Assembly (NCBI GenBank): GCA_046735395.1
Contig: JBJKQR010000018.1
Coordinates: 118,390-182,389, forward strand
From: Fidelibacterota bacterium
GTDB lineage: Bacteria > Fidelibacterota > Fidelibacteria > Fidelibacterales > DSDE01
Length of the DNA: 64,000 bases
Direction: 5' to 3'
Positions within the stretch are counted from its first letter, which is position 1. Each line of letters begins with the position of its first letter. This document shows, one piece after another, positions 38,843 through 49,123 of this stretch. The translations under genes were made by a program, and so were the position numbers. The notes under the pieces were generated by a model. It ran no database searches. It saw only the letters and a list, made by a program, of their open reading frames with translations, and was not told the origin of the DNA.

Positions 38843-39348
38843 CCACGGATGAACGCGGATGGAAGAAACGTCCACGAATTACACGAATTGACACAGATGG
38901 AAGATTATTCCACGAAGGACACGAATTGACTCAGATGGAAGATTATTCCACGAAGGACACGAATTGACACGGATTGAAAATGAATCCACGAATTACACGA
39001 ACGTACACGGAAAAGAAAATATATAATGTGTGCGTTTTAATATAACGCATCCGCTGACCCGCACTCCCGCTGACCCACCAACAAAAACGTCCACGGATTA
39101 CACGAATGAATTGACACGGATGGAAGATTATTCCACGAAGGACACGAATTGACACGGAAAAGAAATTATACGCTGATTCCATATTAATAGTACACCTCCG
39201 CTGACCCTCCAACAAAAACATCCACGGATTCCACGAAATTCCACGGATGGAAGATTATTCCACGAAGGACACGAAAAGACACGGAAAAGAAATTATATGC
39301 TGATTCCATTTTAATAGTACACCTCCGCCCACCCGCACTCCCGCTGAC
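38843..39348. repeat. Nested non-coding direct-repeat array (CACG-based units, 38-bp tandem period, 127-147-bp higher-order units)
   Basis: Units like CCACGAAGGACACGAATTGACACGGA start at 38843, 38872, 38910, 38948, 38986, 39091, 39133, 39222, 39260; CCGCTGACCC-type motifs at 39051, 39198, 39325. Confidence 0.92.
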
Positions 39349-39429
39349 TTGTCATCAGAAACATCTATTGATTTCACGAATGGTCACTAAAATTGATTTA
39401 CCCCAAAATAGTTAAATATTTATACGTAC

Positions 39430-40623
39430 TTATTTAGGATTATACTTCGATATGGCGGCATCCAGGCTATTGAGGGCCTGTTCGAGGAGAGAGCGGGGGC
39501 AGGCGATATTAATGCGCATGCGGCCTTCGCCTCCGGGGCCGAAGCGGGTTCCTGGATTCAGGCCCAGGCCGGCCTGCTGAACAAAAAAATCATGGAGATC
39601 GTGGTCATTCATGCCCAGATCTCGTATATCCAGCCACACTAAATAGGTTCCATCCGGTTCCATGACTTTAATCGCCGGGATGCGGGTTTCCAAATAATCC
39701 CTGAGATAAAGAAAATTGTTCCAGACATAGTCGAGAAGCTGATCCAGCCAGGAATCACCGTGGGAAAAGGCGCTTTCCATGGCAATGTTTCCGAAGAGAT
39801 TGCCGTTACCCAGATGCATGGTCTGAAGAGTTTTTTCATAGCGCAGCCATTTTTCACGGTCGGGAATGATAACAACGGATGATGCGAGGCCGGCGATATT
39901 GAAGGTCTTGCTGGCGGCGGTCAGGGTGACGGTCTGCCGTGCTGCCGCTTCCGAAAGACTGGCCAGGGGAATATGCTTTTTATGCCGGAATACCAGGTCG
40001 GAGTGAATTTCATCGGATACAATCAGAATATCGCGCTCAAGGCAAAGCGTCATGAGATCATTCAGTTCCTCTTCGCTCCAGACGGTTCCGCCGGGATTCT
40101 GAGGACTGCAGAGCAGAAGCATGCGCGTGTTTTCGTCAAGTTTTGATTTCAGATCATCCAGATCAAAATGGTAACGTCCCGCCTTCTCCCGAAGTGGATT
40201 TTCAATCAGCCGTCTGTCCGCATCCCTGACGCAATCAAAGAATGGAAAATACACTGGGGGCTGGACGATGATGGAATCTCCCGGTTTACTGAAGGCCTGA
40301 ATGGCCAGAGAAAGACCGGCGACCACGCCGGGACTGAATGATATCCATTCCCTGCGGATGTTCCAGTTGTGACGCCGTTTCATCCAGCCGATCACCGCCT
40401 CAAAATAGGAATCAGGCCGGAATGTGTATCCGAGTATTTCGTGATTTAATCGGTGTTTCAGCGCATCAATGATGAAATCCGGGGTTCGGAAGTCCATATC
40501 GGCCACCCAGAGCGGCAGGATATCGCCGCGGTTGAATATTTTTTCCCGCGCATCCCATTTGAGACAATTCGACCCTTCGCGCGGGATGATTTCATCAAAG
40601 TTGTAGACCTTATCAGCTGTCAT
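39430..40623 (-). CDS. patB: PLP-dependent C-S lyase, MalY/PatB family
   Basis: LPLWVADMDF, LCSPQNPGG, SDEIHSD, SKTFNIAG, TYLVWLD, RINIACP. Confidence 0.92.
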   Translation of the reverse strand: MTADKVYNFDEIIPREGSNCLKWDAREKIFNRGDILPLWVADMDFRTPDFIIDALKHRLNHEILGYTFRPDSYFEAVIGWMKRRHNWNIRREWISFSPGVVAGLSLAIQAFSKPGDSIIVQPPVYFPFFDCVRDADRRLIENPLREKAGRYHFDLDDLKSKLDENTRMLLLCSPQNPGGTVWSEEELNDLMTLCLERDILIVSDEIHSDLVFRHKKHIPLASLSEAAARQTVTLTAASKTFNIAGLASSVVIIPDREKWLRYEKTLQTMHLGNGNLFGNIAMESAFSHGDSWLDQLLDYVWNNFLYLRDYLETRIPAIKVMEPDGTYLVWLDIRDLGMNDHDLHDFFVQQAGLGLNPGTRFGPGGEGRMRINIACPRSLLEQALNSLDAAISKYNPK

Positions 40624-40911
40624 TGTACCTCCGAATCAGTATTAATATGGATGGAAACCTTTCCGGGCAGTGTGTGAAGAACAGCAATTGACCATAAACG
40701 GGGAAAGGCTCCGGCAAACATGGCGGAAGATATCCTTTTTCCGGTGAAAAGGAAAGTGAGATGTTTTTTCAGCATTTCGGGTCAAAAAGGCCGTATCGGA
40801 ATGAAATACTTTGCGCCGGGGCCTGTTAAAATCTTAGATTGTTGTGTATTAAAGTTGTACATGAATAGTGTACGGATGATTAGACAGCTTAATTTTGTAA
40901 AGGAGTTAAAA

Positions 40912-41616
40912 ATGAAAAAGAAGATCATTTTATGTGTCTTTGCACTGATCGTCCTGCCCTTCAGCCTGATGGCGCGAAGCGGGATAACCGCGACATTCAG
41001 CACGGGGTCTCCCATTTCCGGGACGAGTATAGGGCTGAAACTTGGCCCGCTGAATCCGTATGCAGGCGTTGATGTGGCCCGGATATCGGGGAAATATACA
41101 TCCGATGATACGCAGTGGGCCGATGGCGCGAATGGCGGGATCGTGATGAGTTATGAGAGCACCTCAACTTTCGAAGGCACAGCAACTCTGATCATGCCCC
41201 GAGTCGGACTCAAATTCTATCTCTGGAAAGCCTATCTGGTTGGAGAATTCAGCCTGTGGATGCCGTCTGTGAGCGGAACGGACAAGGGAACGACCGTTTA
41301 TTATGATTATAACGGGGTTGCATATGATTGGGATATGTGGGATGAATCGCTGACCAAGCAGGATGAGGACTATATCAATGATGCGCTCGACTTTGTCGGA
41401 TTCAAGTTCGGATTTGGCTCGGAATATTATCTGAGTGAGCATGTTTCCATCGGCGGTGAATTCGGTTTCAGAATCCTTTCAAATTCATTTACAATGGGAG
41501 ATGATTCGGAGGATAACGAACTTCCCTATTATTATTACCGGGAAAAGTGGAAGGATGAAATCTCCGCCAGCATCGGTGTGACCTACACGATGTTTTCTCT
41601 GAATTTTATCCTGTAA
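40912..41616 (+). CDS. Hypothetical outer-membrane beta-barrel protein
   Basis: AAGGAG RBS, signal peptide MKKKIILCVFALIVLPFSLMA, alternating beta-strands (GFGSEYYLSEHVSIGGEFGF), C-terminal FSLNFIL. Confidence 0.7.
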   Translation: MKKKIILCVFALIVLPFSLMARSGITATFSTGSPISGTSIGLKLGPLNPYAGVDVARISGKYTSDDTQWADGANGGIVMSYESTSTFEGTATLIMPRVGLKFYLWKAYLVGEFSLWMPSVSGTDKGTTVYYDYNGVAYDWDMWDESLTKQDEDYINDALDFVGFKFGFGSEYYLSEHVSIGGEFGFRILSNSFTMGDDSEDNELPYYYYREKWKDEISASIGVTYTMFSLNFIL

Positions 41617-41648
41617 TTATCTGATTATAAAATATATACGCAATTTTG

Positions 41649-42683
<1,035 letters not shown>

Positions 42684-42812
42684 TTAATATCTTTTGCACG
42701 CGGTGACCAATAATCTGTTCCCGGTTCTGCTCAGAAATTTTTTAATATGTATTATTTCTAATAGAATAATAGCTAAATTATAAATCCCAATATCCAAATC
42801 GAATTGTGGAAT

Positions 42813-44303
42813 TTATTTCAGGAAAACCATTTTTTGCGTGAGGCTGGCAGATCCGGCCCGCAGCTGATAAACGTAGATCCCGCCGGCTACCTTCTGCCCG
42901 GCCTGATTGGTGGCATCCCAGATGAGGTCATAGCTTCCGGCCGCTTGCTGACGCTCGGTCCAGGCTCGTATTTCACGTCCGGAAATGTCAAAAATGGAGA
43001 AGCGGACATCTGCCCGTTCCGGAAGTATATAACGGATACGGGTCACGGGGTTGAAGGGATTGGGATAATTCTGTTTCAATATGAAACACTCAGGAGTAGT
43101 TTCCGGTGTGAGGGCCAGCGGATCCCCGAAGCGTCCCCATTCGACATTGTCAATGACGGCCGCCACGAACCATTCGTCGCTGTCGCTCCCGCCCTGAAGG
43201 GCCGTGTTGATCAGCCCTATGTCTTTCCGGAATGTCAATTGCTGACTGATCACCCCGTTCATCTGAAGCAGCAGTGTGGAATCATTGCTGTGAAACAGGG
43301 TGTAGAGCGAGCAGTTCGGGCCCGGAAATTCATTGGAAGCATCAAAATTTGTCGTACCCAGTTTGTAGAGCCGTGCCTCCATCTCCGGAATTGCATTGAT
43401 ATCATATTGATAAACGACCGCATCAGTGGTGTCAATTCTGAAATATCTGCGAGATCCGTCTGACACATTTTCCCGAATGAAATAGCTGTGATTATTCGGC
43501 ATGAGCGTGTCACCGCTAATGCGGTAGGTTGTATAACAGAGCGGATTCGTCAGGCTGTCAGGCCCCGTATTTTTTGCAGCATACTGCCGGATATCGCCCA
43601 CATGCAGAGGAAAATAACGGGCGAATTCCTGGTACTTCTGTTCCAGATTTTCGCGTCGGATGCAATAGCTGCCATCACAGAGGGATTCTTTCAGACTCCT
43701 CCAGGAATAGCCCATTTCGTCATACCCTTCCAGTACCGGGCCGACACCTTCCAGAAAATTTATCTGATAATTCATACTGGTCGCGATATTCCGGAAGCTG
43801 ACCTGCAGCAGACTGTCGCCGGAAAAAGGTGAGAGCACTCTTTCGCACTGCCGTTCAAAAACAGTGGATTCATTGAGGCTGTCCGTATGGATGACACCCG
43901 GAATTAAATCCCTGAAATTAAAGGACGGGGTGTCGGTGGAACCGGGGGCGTCACAGGTATAAAAGCAGCTGTCGTTTTCATTATAGCGGATATGATCCCA
44001 GCCGCCGATGCTACGGGAATTAAGCCTGAAATAGGTTTTCCCGTCGGGCATGGTTTCGGCCTCTCCGATAATGAGGGTCAGGGAGCCGGTGGATTCCATC
44101 ATGCCCGGCATGGAGGCGTTACGGCAGCTGTATGTGTAAATATCTCCGCTTTTCAGGGGAAAGAAGGATGCGGCATCGTAGGCATAGGACAGATTCGGGA
44201 TCGATAAACTAACTATTACAGCCGTGAATCCCGCAAGCCTTGCGTACTTCCATACTCTCTTCTTCTTTAAGGAAATTATCAATTCGCCACTCCTTTTGTT
44301 CAA
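42813..44303 (-). CDS. Secreted protein with two related N-terminal modules and a FlgD-Ig/T9SS-type C-terminal domain
   Basis: Signal-like segment; FFPLKSGDIYTY and YFPLHVGDIRQY repeats; LKQNYPNPFNP...WDATN..G..VAGGIY...KMVFLK. Confidence 0.8.
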   Translation of the reverse strand: MNKRSGELIISLKKKRVWKYARLAGFTAVIVSLSIPNLSYAYDAASFFPLKSGDIYTYSCRNASMPGMMESTGSLTLIIGEAETMPDGKTYFRLNSRSIGGWDHIRYNENDSCFYTCDAPGSTDTPSFNFRDLIPGVIHTDSLNESTVFERQCERVLSPFSGDSLLQVSFRNIATSMNYQINFLEGVGPVLEGYDEMGYSWRSLKESLCDGSYCIRRENLEQKYQEFARYFPLHVGDIRQYAAKNTGPDSLTNPLCYTTYRISGDTLMPNNHSYFIRENVSDGSRRYFRIDTTDAVVYQYDINAIPEMEARLYKLGTTNFDASNEFPGPNCSLYTLFHSNDSTLLLQMNGVISQQLTFRKDIGLINTALQGGSDSDEWFVAAVIDNVEWGRFGDPLALTPETTPECFILKQNYPNPFNPVTRIRYILPERADVRFSIFDISGREIRAWTERQQAAGSYDLIWDATNQAGQKVAGGIYVYQLRAGSASLTQKMVFLK

Positions 44304-44538
44304 ATTTGTAAGGGCCGGAATTCAGTTCTTCCGGGCGAATTTATTAATTATTCCAAAAGATTTTAAGCGAAAAAACGGATATAAACGAAACGGTTATTAT
44401 AATTCTGTGAGCTGCGACTTAGGACTTTTTGAAGGTGAAGAATAATTGTAAAATAGAGGCGAAATGATTTGAGTACGGAAAAATTGTGGTGCGGATGAGC
44501 CGCATTGGAATCATTTGAAACACAGAAAGGGAAATAAC

Positions 44539-45450
44539 ATGATCGGATTCAGGGCAAGGCAAATTTTCATGGCCGTCATCGTGCTCGGCCTCATGGCGGG
44601 CTGTACGGCAGAAAAACATAAACGGGATTTCAGCTTCGTATTCATGACGGATATTCATGTGGAGCCGGAACGGCACGCGGAAGAGGGCCTGAGCCAGGCG
44701 ATCCGTAAAGTGAATGATCTGGATCCCGATTTTGTCGTTACAGGCGGCGATCTGGTTTTTGACGCGCTGGGACAGAACTATGGGCGGGCAGATTCTCTGT
44801 TTGCCATTTACAATAAACTCAGCAAGGATTTCCGGATGCCGGTTTACAATACGATTGGAAATCATGAAATATTCGGCTTGTACGAGAAAAGCGGCGTGTC
44901 CCCCGATCATCCGGAATACGGCCGGAAGATGGCGCTCAACAGACTGAATCTGGATAAGACGTATCGGAGTTTTGACCGTGATGGCTGGCATTTCATGCTC
45001 CTGGACGGCATCGGGTTTACGCCGGACCGGCATTATTACGGGCATATTGATTCGCTGCAGATGACGTGGATCCGTGAGGATCTGAAAACTGTGGATGCGG
45101 CGACGCCGATCGCCGTCAGCACCCATATCCCGGTTATGTCCCTGATGGCCCAGGCCGATAAGGGCGGACTGGCCAGTCTGTCATCCTACGATGCCCTTGA
45201 CAATGGCGCCGAGCTCATGAACCTGTTCGAGGGACACAATCTCAGGCTTGTCCTGCAGGGCCACCTTCACGTGGTGGAGGAGATGGTCTGGAAAAATACG
45301 ACGTTTATTACCGGCGGCGCAGTGAGTGCCAGCTGGTGGCGCGGCCCCAATGACGGGTTCCCGGAGGGTTTTGTGGTCATCAATGCCGACAGGGACGGAC
45401 AGTTTGACTGGCATTACGAAAGCTATGGCTGGGACGCCAAAGCAAAATAG
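44539..45450 (+). CDS. Calcineurin-like metallophosphoesterase lipoprotein
   Basis: Lipobox MAGC; TDIH, TGGD, GNHE, THIP, GHLH motifs. Confidence 0.9.
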   Translation: MIGFRARQIFMAVIVLGLMAGCTAEKHKRDFSFVFMTDIHVEPERHAEEGLSQAIRKVNDLDPDFVVTGGDLVFDALGQNYGRADSLFAIYNKLSKDFRMPVYNTIGNHEIFGLYEKSGVSPDHPEYGRKMALNRLNLDKTYRSFDRDGWHFMLLDGIGFTPDRHYYGHIDSLQMTWIREDLKTVDAATPIAVSTHIPVMSLMAQADKGGLASLSSYDALDNGAELMNLFEGHNLRLVLQGHLHVVEEMVWKNTTFITGGAVSASWWRGPNDGFPEGFVVINADRDGQFDWHYESYGWDAKAK

Positions 45451-45469
45451 ATTCAGCTGAATTATTTAG

Positions 45470-45496
45470 AAAGGGGTGTGTGAGCGCCCCTTTTTT
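45470..45496 (+). terminator. Intrinsic terminator between convergent genes
   Basis: AAAGGGGTG-tgtgag-CGCCCCTTT followed by TTT. Confidence 0.75.
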
Positions 45497-45529
45497 GTAT
45501 CGTTATCATGATTTTTATAGCACGAAAGT

Positions 45530-46558
45530 TTAATGATTATCTATATCCAGAACCCGGTCCACGACCGTTGCGAGGAGGCGGATTTTTTCCAGCGTGCTTT
45601 TGAAGGTCTGCGGATCGAGAGACTGGTAACCGTCGGACAGGGCCAGGTCGGGATGGCTGTGAACTTCCATGATGAGTCCGTCTGCACCGGCGGCGATGGA
45701 GGCCAGAGCCATGGCCGGCACCTTGTCCCCGATGCCGATGCCGTGGGACGGATCCACAAATACCGGCAGGTGTGAATTCTTTTTTATGACCGGGATGGCA
45801 TTCAGATCCAGCGTGTTTCGGGTCGCGGTCTCAAAGGTCCGTATTCCCCGTTCGCACAGAATGACATTGTAATTATTCTGAGAGACGATGTATTCGGCGC
45901 TGAGCAGCAGGTCCTCAACCGTTGCGGACATCCCCCGCTTCAGGAGAACCGGCTTCCCTGTCTGTCCGGCCAGTTCAAGCAGGGCAAAATTCTGCATATT
46001 CCGCGCGCCGATCTGAATAATATCGGCCACTTCGGCCACGGCCTGCAGGCTGGCTTCATTCAGCGCTTCGGTGACGATTTTCATCCCCAGTTCCTTTTTC
46101 ACATCCGCCAGGATGGCAAGCCCCTTCTCCTTCAGGCCCTGAAAGGCGTAGGGACTGCTTCGTGGTTTATAGGCGCCGCCACGGAGAAATTCGATACCCA
46201 TTTCCTTCAGCTGGCCGGCGATTTCGAACATCTGCCCGCGGCTTTCGACGGCACAGGGCCCGGCGATGATCTGCAGGGCTTTGCCGCCGATGGTTTTTGA
46301 TCCGATGGGGATGACCGTATCCTCCGCTTTCATCATACGGCTGACGAGCTTGTATTTTTTCGTGACGCGGACGACGTCTTCGACCGAGGGCAGCACCTGA
46401 AAATCAACCCGGTTCAGGGATTCTGTAGGGCCGGTGATACCGATGGCCAGCTTCGAGTCTCCGGGAATTTCGTGGGGCGTGCAGTGCAGATCGCGTATTT
46501 TTCGGGTTACAGTCTGAATGTCTTCGCGCGGGGCGTTCAGAGCCATAATGATAAGCAT
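45530..46558 (-). CDS. aroF: DAHP synthase, class I-beta, with N-terminal regulatory domain
   Basis: IAGPCAVES, GGAYKPRSS, QIGARNMQN, LKRG, CERGIRTFE, DPSH. Confidence 0.95.
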   Translation of the reverse strand: MLIIMALNAPREDIQTVTRKIRDLHCTPHEIPGDSKLAIGITGPTESLNRVDFQVLPSVEDVVRVTKKYKLVSRMMKAEDTVIPIGSKTIGGKALQIIAGPCAVESRGQMFEIAGQLKEMGIEFLRGGAYKPRSSPYAFQGLKEKGLAILADVKKELGMKIVTEALNEASLQAVAEVADIIQIGARNMQNFALLELAGQTGKPVLLKRGMSATVEDLLLSAEYIVSQNNYNVILCERGIRTFETATRNTLDLNAIPVIKKNSHLPVFVDPSHGIGIGDKVPAMALASIAAGADGLIMEVHSHPDLALSDGYQSLDPQTFKSTLEKIRLLATVVDRVLDIDNH

Positions 46559-46606
46559 GCTGTTTTCCTTTATTTATGATTTTTCAAGATTGTTTTTACT
46601 CCCATT

Positions 46607-46643
46607 AACAAAAAACCCTTCCCGGTATGGATTGGAAGGGTTT
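46607..46643 (-). terminator. Attenuator terminator upstream of aroF
   Basis: mRNA AAACCCUUCC-(11 nt)-GGAAGGGUUU followed by UUUGUU. Confidence 0.85.
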
Positions 46644-46663
46644 GGGTTGAAAATGTCCAGACT

Positions 46664-46750
46664 TCAGTTTACCGGGAATGGGGCCGAGGGGGGATACCAC
46701 CGCCAATATCGGTTCAAACAGGAGAAAGTAAGGGTATCGTGCGCTTTCAT
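46664..46750 (-). CDS. Putative aroF attenuator leader peptide (28 aa, MKAHDTLTFSCLNRYWRWYPPSAPFPVN)
   Basis: Tyr/Trp cluster YWRWY; stop codon 20 nt before the terminator; contains a 9-nt segment complementary to the terminator. Confidence 0.75.
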   Translation of the reverse strand: MKAHDTLTFSCLNRYWRWYPPSAPFPVN

Positions 46751-46758
46751 AAGGGCAG

Positions 46759-46788
46759 AAGTTAAGAAAAGTGGGCCGGACAAGTCAA
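46759..46788 (-). promoter_or_regulatory. Putative sigma70 promoter for the aroF leader
   Basis: TTGACT-18 nt-TAACTT, ending 8 nt before the leader ATG. Confidence 0.55.
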
Positions 46789-46946
46789 GGAATAATTCTA
46801 TGCATAGAAACAGGCGGTCTGAGAGAATCAAAGATTGCCGTAAAAAAAACAACATTATAGTGTGTATAGATTAACTAATATACTAATTATATATTATTTT
46901 CTTTTAAATACGTATTATTTATAAATGATCTTTTCGCCAGTGGCCG

Positions 46947-47219
46947 TCAGTAAACCAGTTCATGACTGCCGATATTGATAAGCAGTATTTCATTTTCAGA
47001 GAGCAGAAATTGTAAGGTAATCCTGTACGAAATATTAATTGATACGGCATAAAGTTCCTTCAGCTTTCCCTGAAGTTTATGCAGTCTTAGTGACGGATGA
47101 AATGGATTCAATTGAAGAAGCTCTAAAGTACTGCGATACGGGTCAGTTAGTTCCGGATGTTTTCTGATGAATTTGGCGGTTCGCTTTGTAAAGCTTTCGG
47201 TGAAAATGAGTTTATACAT
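46947..47219 (-). CDS. Type II toxin, RelE/YafQ-like mRNA interferase
   Basis: NPFHPSLRLHKLQG...SINISYRI...INIGSHELVY; overlaps the antitoxin stop. Confidence 0.85.
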   Translation of the reverse strand: MYKLIFTESFTKRTAKFIRKHPELTDPYRSTLELLQLNPFHPSLRLHKLQGKLKELYAVSINISYRITLQFLLSENEILLINIGSHELVY

Positions 47220-47469
47220 CCTTTAGCCGCTGCAGATGTGCCTCAATAGAATCGGGATGTGTTCTTCCCGCATTGTAGTCTGCCCGGGCTTCTTCAACAG
47301 CTGATTTCAGCTCCAGTTCTCTCAGCCGGTTATATTTTTCAATCTTCATGATGACATATTTTTCCTTACCCTGAACAGTGATTAGCATCTCATCCCGGGT
47401 TTCAGTCAGGTGGTCAATAATTGAAATTCCCTTTGTTTTCAACTCATCTGCCGTAATTATCGAATTCAT
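47212..47469 (-). CDS. Type II antitoxin, Phd/YefM family
   Basis: ITADELKTKG...ITVQGKEKYVIM..EKY; ATG 47469 after GGAGG. Confidence 0.82.
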   Translation of the reverse strand: MNSIITADELKTKGISIIDHLTETRDEMLITVQGKEKYVIMKIEKYNRLRELELKSAVEEARADYNAGRTHPDSIEAHLQRLKDV

Positions 47470-47673
47470 TGAAGGATCCTCCCTGACAAGTGTATGATAT
47501 ATCGTACTCTTATTCAAGAATAATGTGAATCCGAATCCCTGCGAAATGGACAGTGTGTTCGGAATCTGAAATGACACATATTCCGCCGGGTCCCGGGCCA
47601 AACCGGCGGCCAGACCGGTAGAATCGTTCACTTCGCCGGAGAGGCGTCCCCATGAACCCATTTATTGAACCGT

Positions 47674-47705
47674 TGCTCAAGCCGTATGCATTTGGGGCAG
47701 CCGCT
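47674..47705 (-). repeat. Orphan copy of the CxxC-coding segment of the gene at 49120-49365
   Basis: 30/32 nt identical to 49310-49341 (SGCPKCIRLEQ vs SGCPKCKRLEQ). Confidence 0.7.
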
Positions 47706-47970
47706 GAAAAGACATTCCAGAATTCTATAACTGTAATTGCCTGCTGATATATAGCGAGTTATGCAGATGTGATTTAAAAAGAATATGGAAAATGGGAACG
47801 ATCAACTTCGTTAAAGTTATTGAGAGAGAATGGGTACTTCTGAATTTTTGATACGGTCAATTGAAAATCCGGATGGCTTCTGCCAGCCCTCGTCACAAAT
47901 AGTATGATCACCATTTCAAGAATTATTTATTTGAGTCGGGCTTACGCTGAGTAACATCGACCCTTATATG

Positions 47971-48657
47971 TTATTTGAACAGATTGTACAGTCCGCCGAG
48001 GACAACAAGCAGGCCTGCGCCACGTCGGATAAAGAGAAGTATGGGCGATGTGCCGGACCACTTCAGGTACGACTGTATTTTTTCCATGAGTGTGCCGGCC
48101 AGAATGATCAGAATAGAATGTCCGACGGCAAAAGCAAGTAATAATGAAATTGCATACATCGCTTCGGTATTTATTGTATAGAAAACAACCGTCAGCACCG
48201 GTATCAGGAATGCGAAGGTGCAGGGGCCGAGAGCCGTTCCGAATATCAGGCCTAATACGAAGATCGCCGGAATACTGTCTGTCTTCATTTTTGAGATATC
48301 CAGACCCGTCCAATCCAGGGGTACTACATCCATCAGGTACAGTCCGGCAGCAATCATGAGGACGGTAACGGCCCAATTGAAGGGTGCGGGAACATCACCG
48401 AGCATCCGGCCGGCCAGAGCTGTCAGAAATCCGACACCAAGGATGGTGACCAGTATACCTATTGAAAAAGTGCCGGCTAATATCCATGCCGGTCTCCTGG
48501 ATGATGCAGTATTTCTCTGAAGGACAACAGCAATGATCAGCGGAATACTCGAAAGATGACAGGGACTGAGCAGTATGGAAATCACTCCCCAGCCAAAGGC
48601 AGCAAGCAGGGCGATTCCCGGGGAACCTGAGATCGATTGACTGAGCAGATCCAGCAT
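47971..48657 (-). CDS. ccdA: CcdA/DsbD-beta-type transmembrane electron transporter
   Basis: About six TM segments; LLSPCHL and LGPCTF Pro-Cys motifs. Confidence 0.88.
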   Translation of the reverse strand: MLDLLSQSISGSPGIALLAAFGWGVISILLSPCHLSSIPLIIAVVLQRNTASSRRPAWILAGTFSIGILVTILGVGFLTALAGRMLGDVPAPFNWAVTVLMIAAGLYLMDVVPLDWTGLDISKMKTDSIPAIFVLGLIFGTALGPCTFAFLIPVLTVVFYTINTEAMYAISLLLAFAVGHSILIILAGTLMEKIQSYLKWSGTSPILLFIRRGAGLLVVLGGLYNLFK

Positions 48658-48667
48658 AGCTTAGACT

Positions 48668-49123
48668 TTATTGTTTCGGAACGTGAATTCCATGTTCAGC
48701 AAGCATGGATGCAATCTCTTTTTCCGGATAATAGCCTTCATGCCTGTGGAATTCCTTCCCATTTCCATCCAGAAAAACCTGTGTCGGGATGGCTCTGATT
48801 CCGAAATCATCTGCAAAATGTTTCTGATCATCCTGCCACACGTCATGGAACACAACGTTTACAATTCCGGCATAGTTTGTTTCAATCGACTTCATGACCG
48901 GCTGCATTTTCCTGCAGGGGATGCAATTCACGGATCCCAATTCTACAAAGGTAACGGGAAGCGTAACGGCACCTGCTGATTGCTTCATCGTTTTTGGGGT
49001 GCTTTTACCCGAGGCGGGCGCCGATTGTGCTGATTTTTCAGATTCCTGCCCGCGTGGAGAACAGGATAGGAGAGTCAGGCCGATGAGAAGGACCGAGAAG
49101 GGGATGAGGGAAATCGTTCTCAT
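48668..49123 (-). CDS. Thioredoxin-family lipoprotein
   Basis: Lipobox LLSC; ELGSVNCIPC; IRAIPTQVF. Confidence 0.88.
   Translation of the reverse strand: MRTISLIPFSVLLIGLTLLSCSPRGQESEKSAQSAPASGKSTPKTMKQSAGAVTLPVTFVELGSVNCIPCRKMQPVMKSIETNYAGIVNVVFHDVWQDDQKHFADDFGIRAIPTQVFLDGNGKEFHRHEGYYPEKEIASMLAEHGIHVPKQ

Noticed and set aside
38943..39221. 92-aa ORF (and the 38476-38967 ORF) over the repeat array
   Set aside because: Translations merely mirror the DNA repeats; no RBS or protein motif
38843..39348. CRISPR array
   Set aside because: Inter-unit segments are about 11 nt and mostly identical rather than unique spacers, the repeats are degenerate, and no cas genes are in the window
11670..39420. 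Recurring TTAACTAT in AT-rich spacers (near 11680, 31820 and, reversed, 39410)
   Set aside because: Short AT-rich word in AT-rich tracts; cannot be told from chance without genome-wide counts
47470..47661. N-terminal extension of the antitoxin ORF (AAGLARDPAEY faintly resembles Y1-transposase C-termini)
   Set aside because: A better start with RBS exists at 47469, and the resemblance is too short to support
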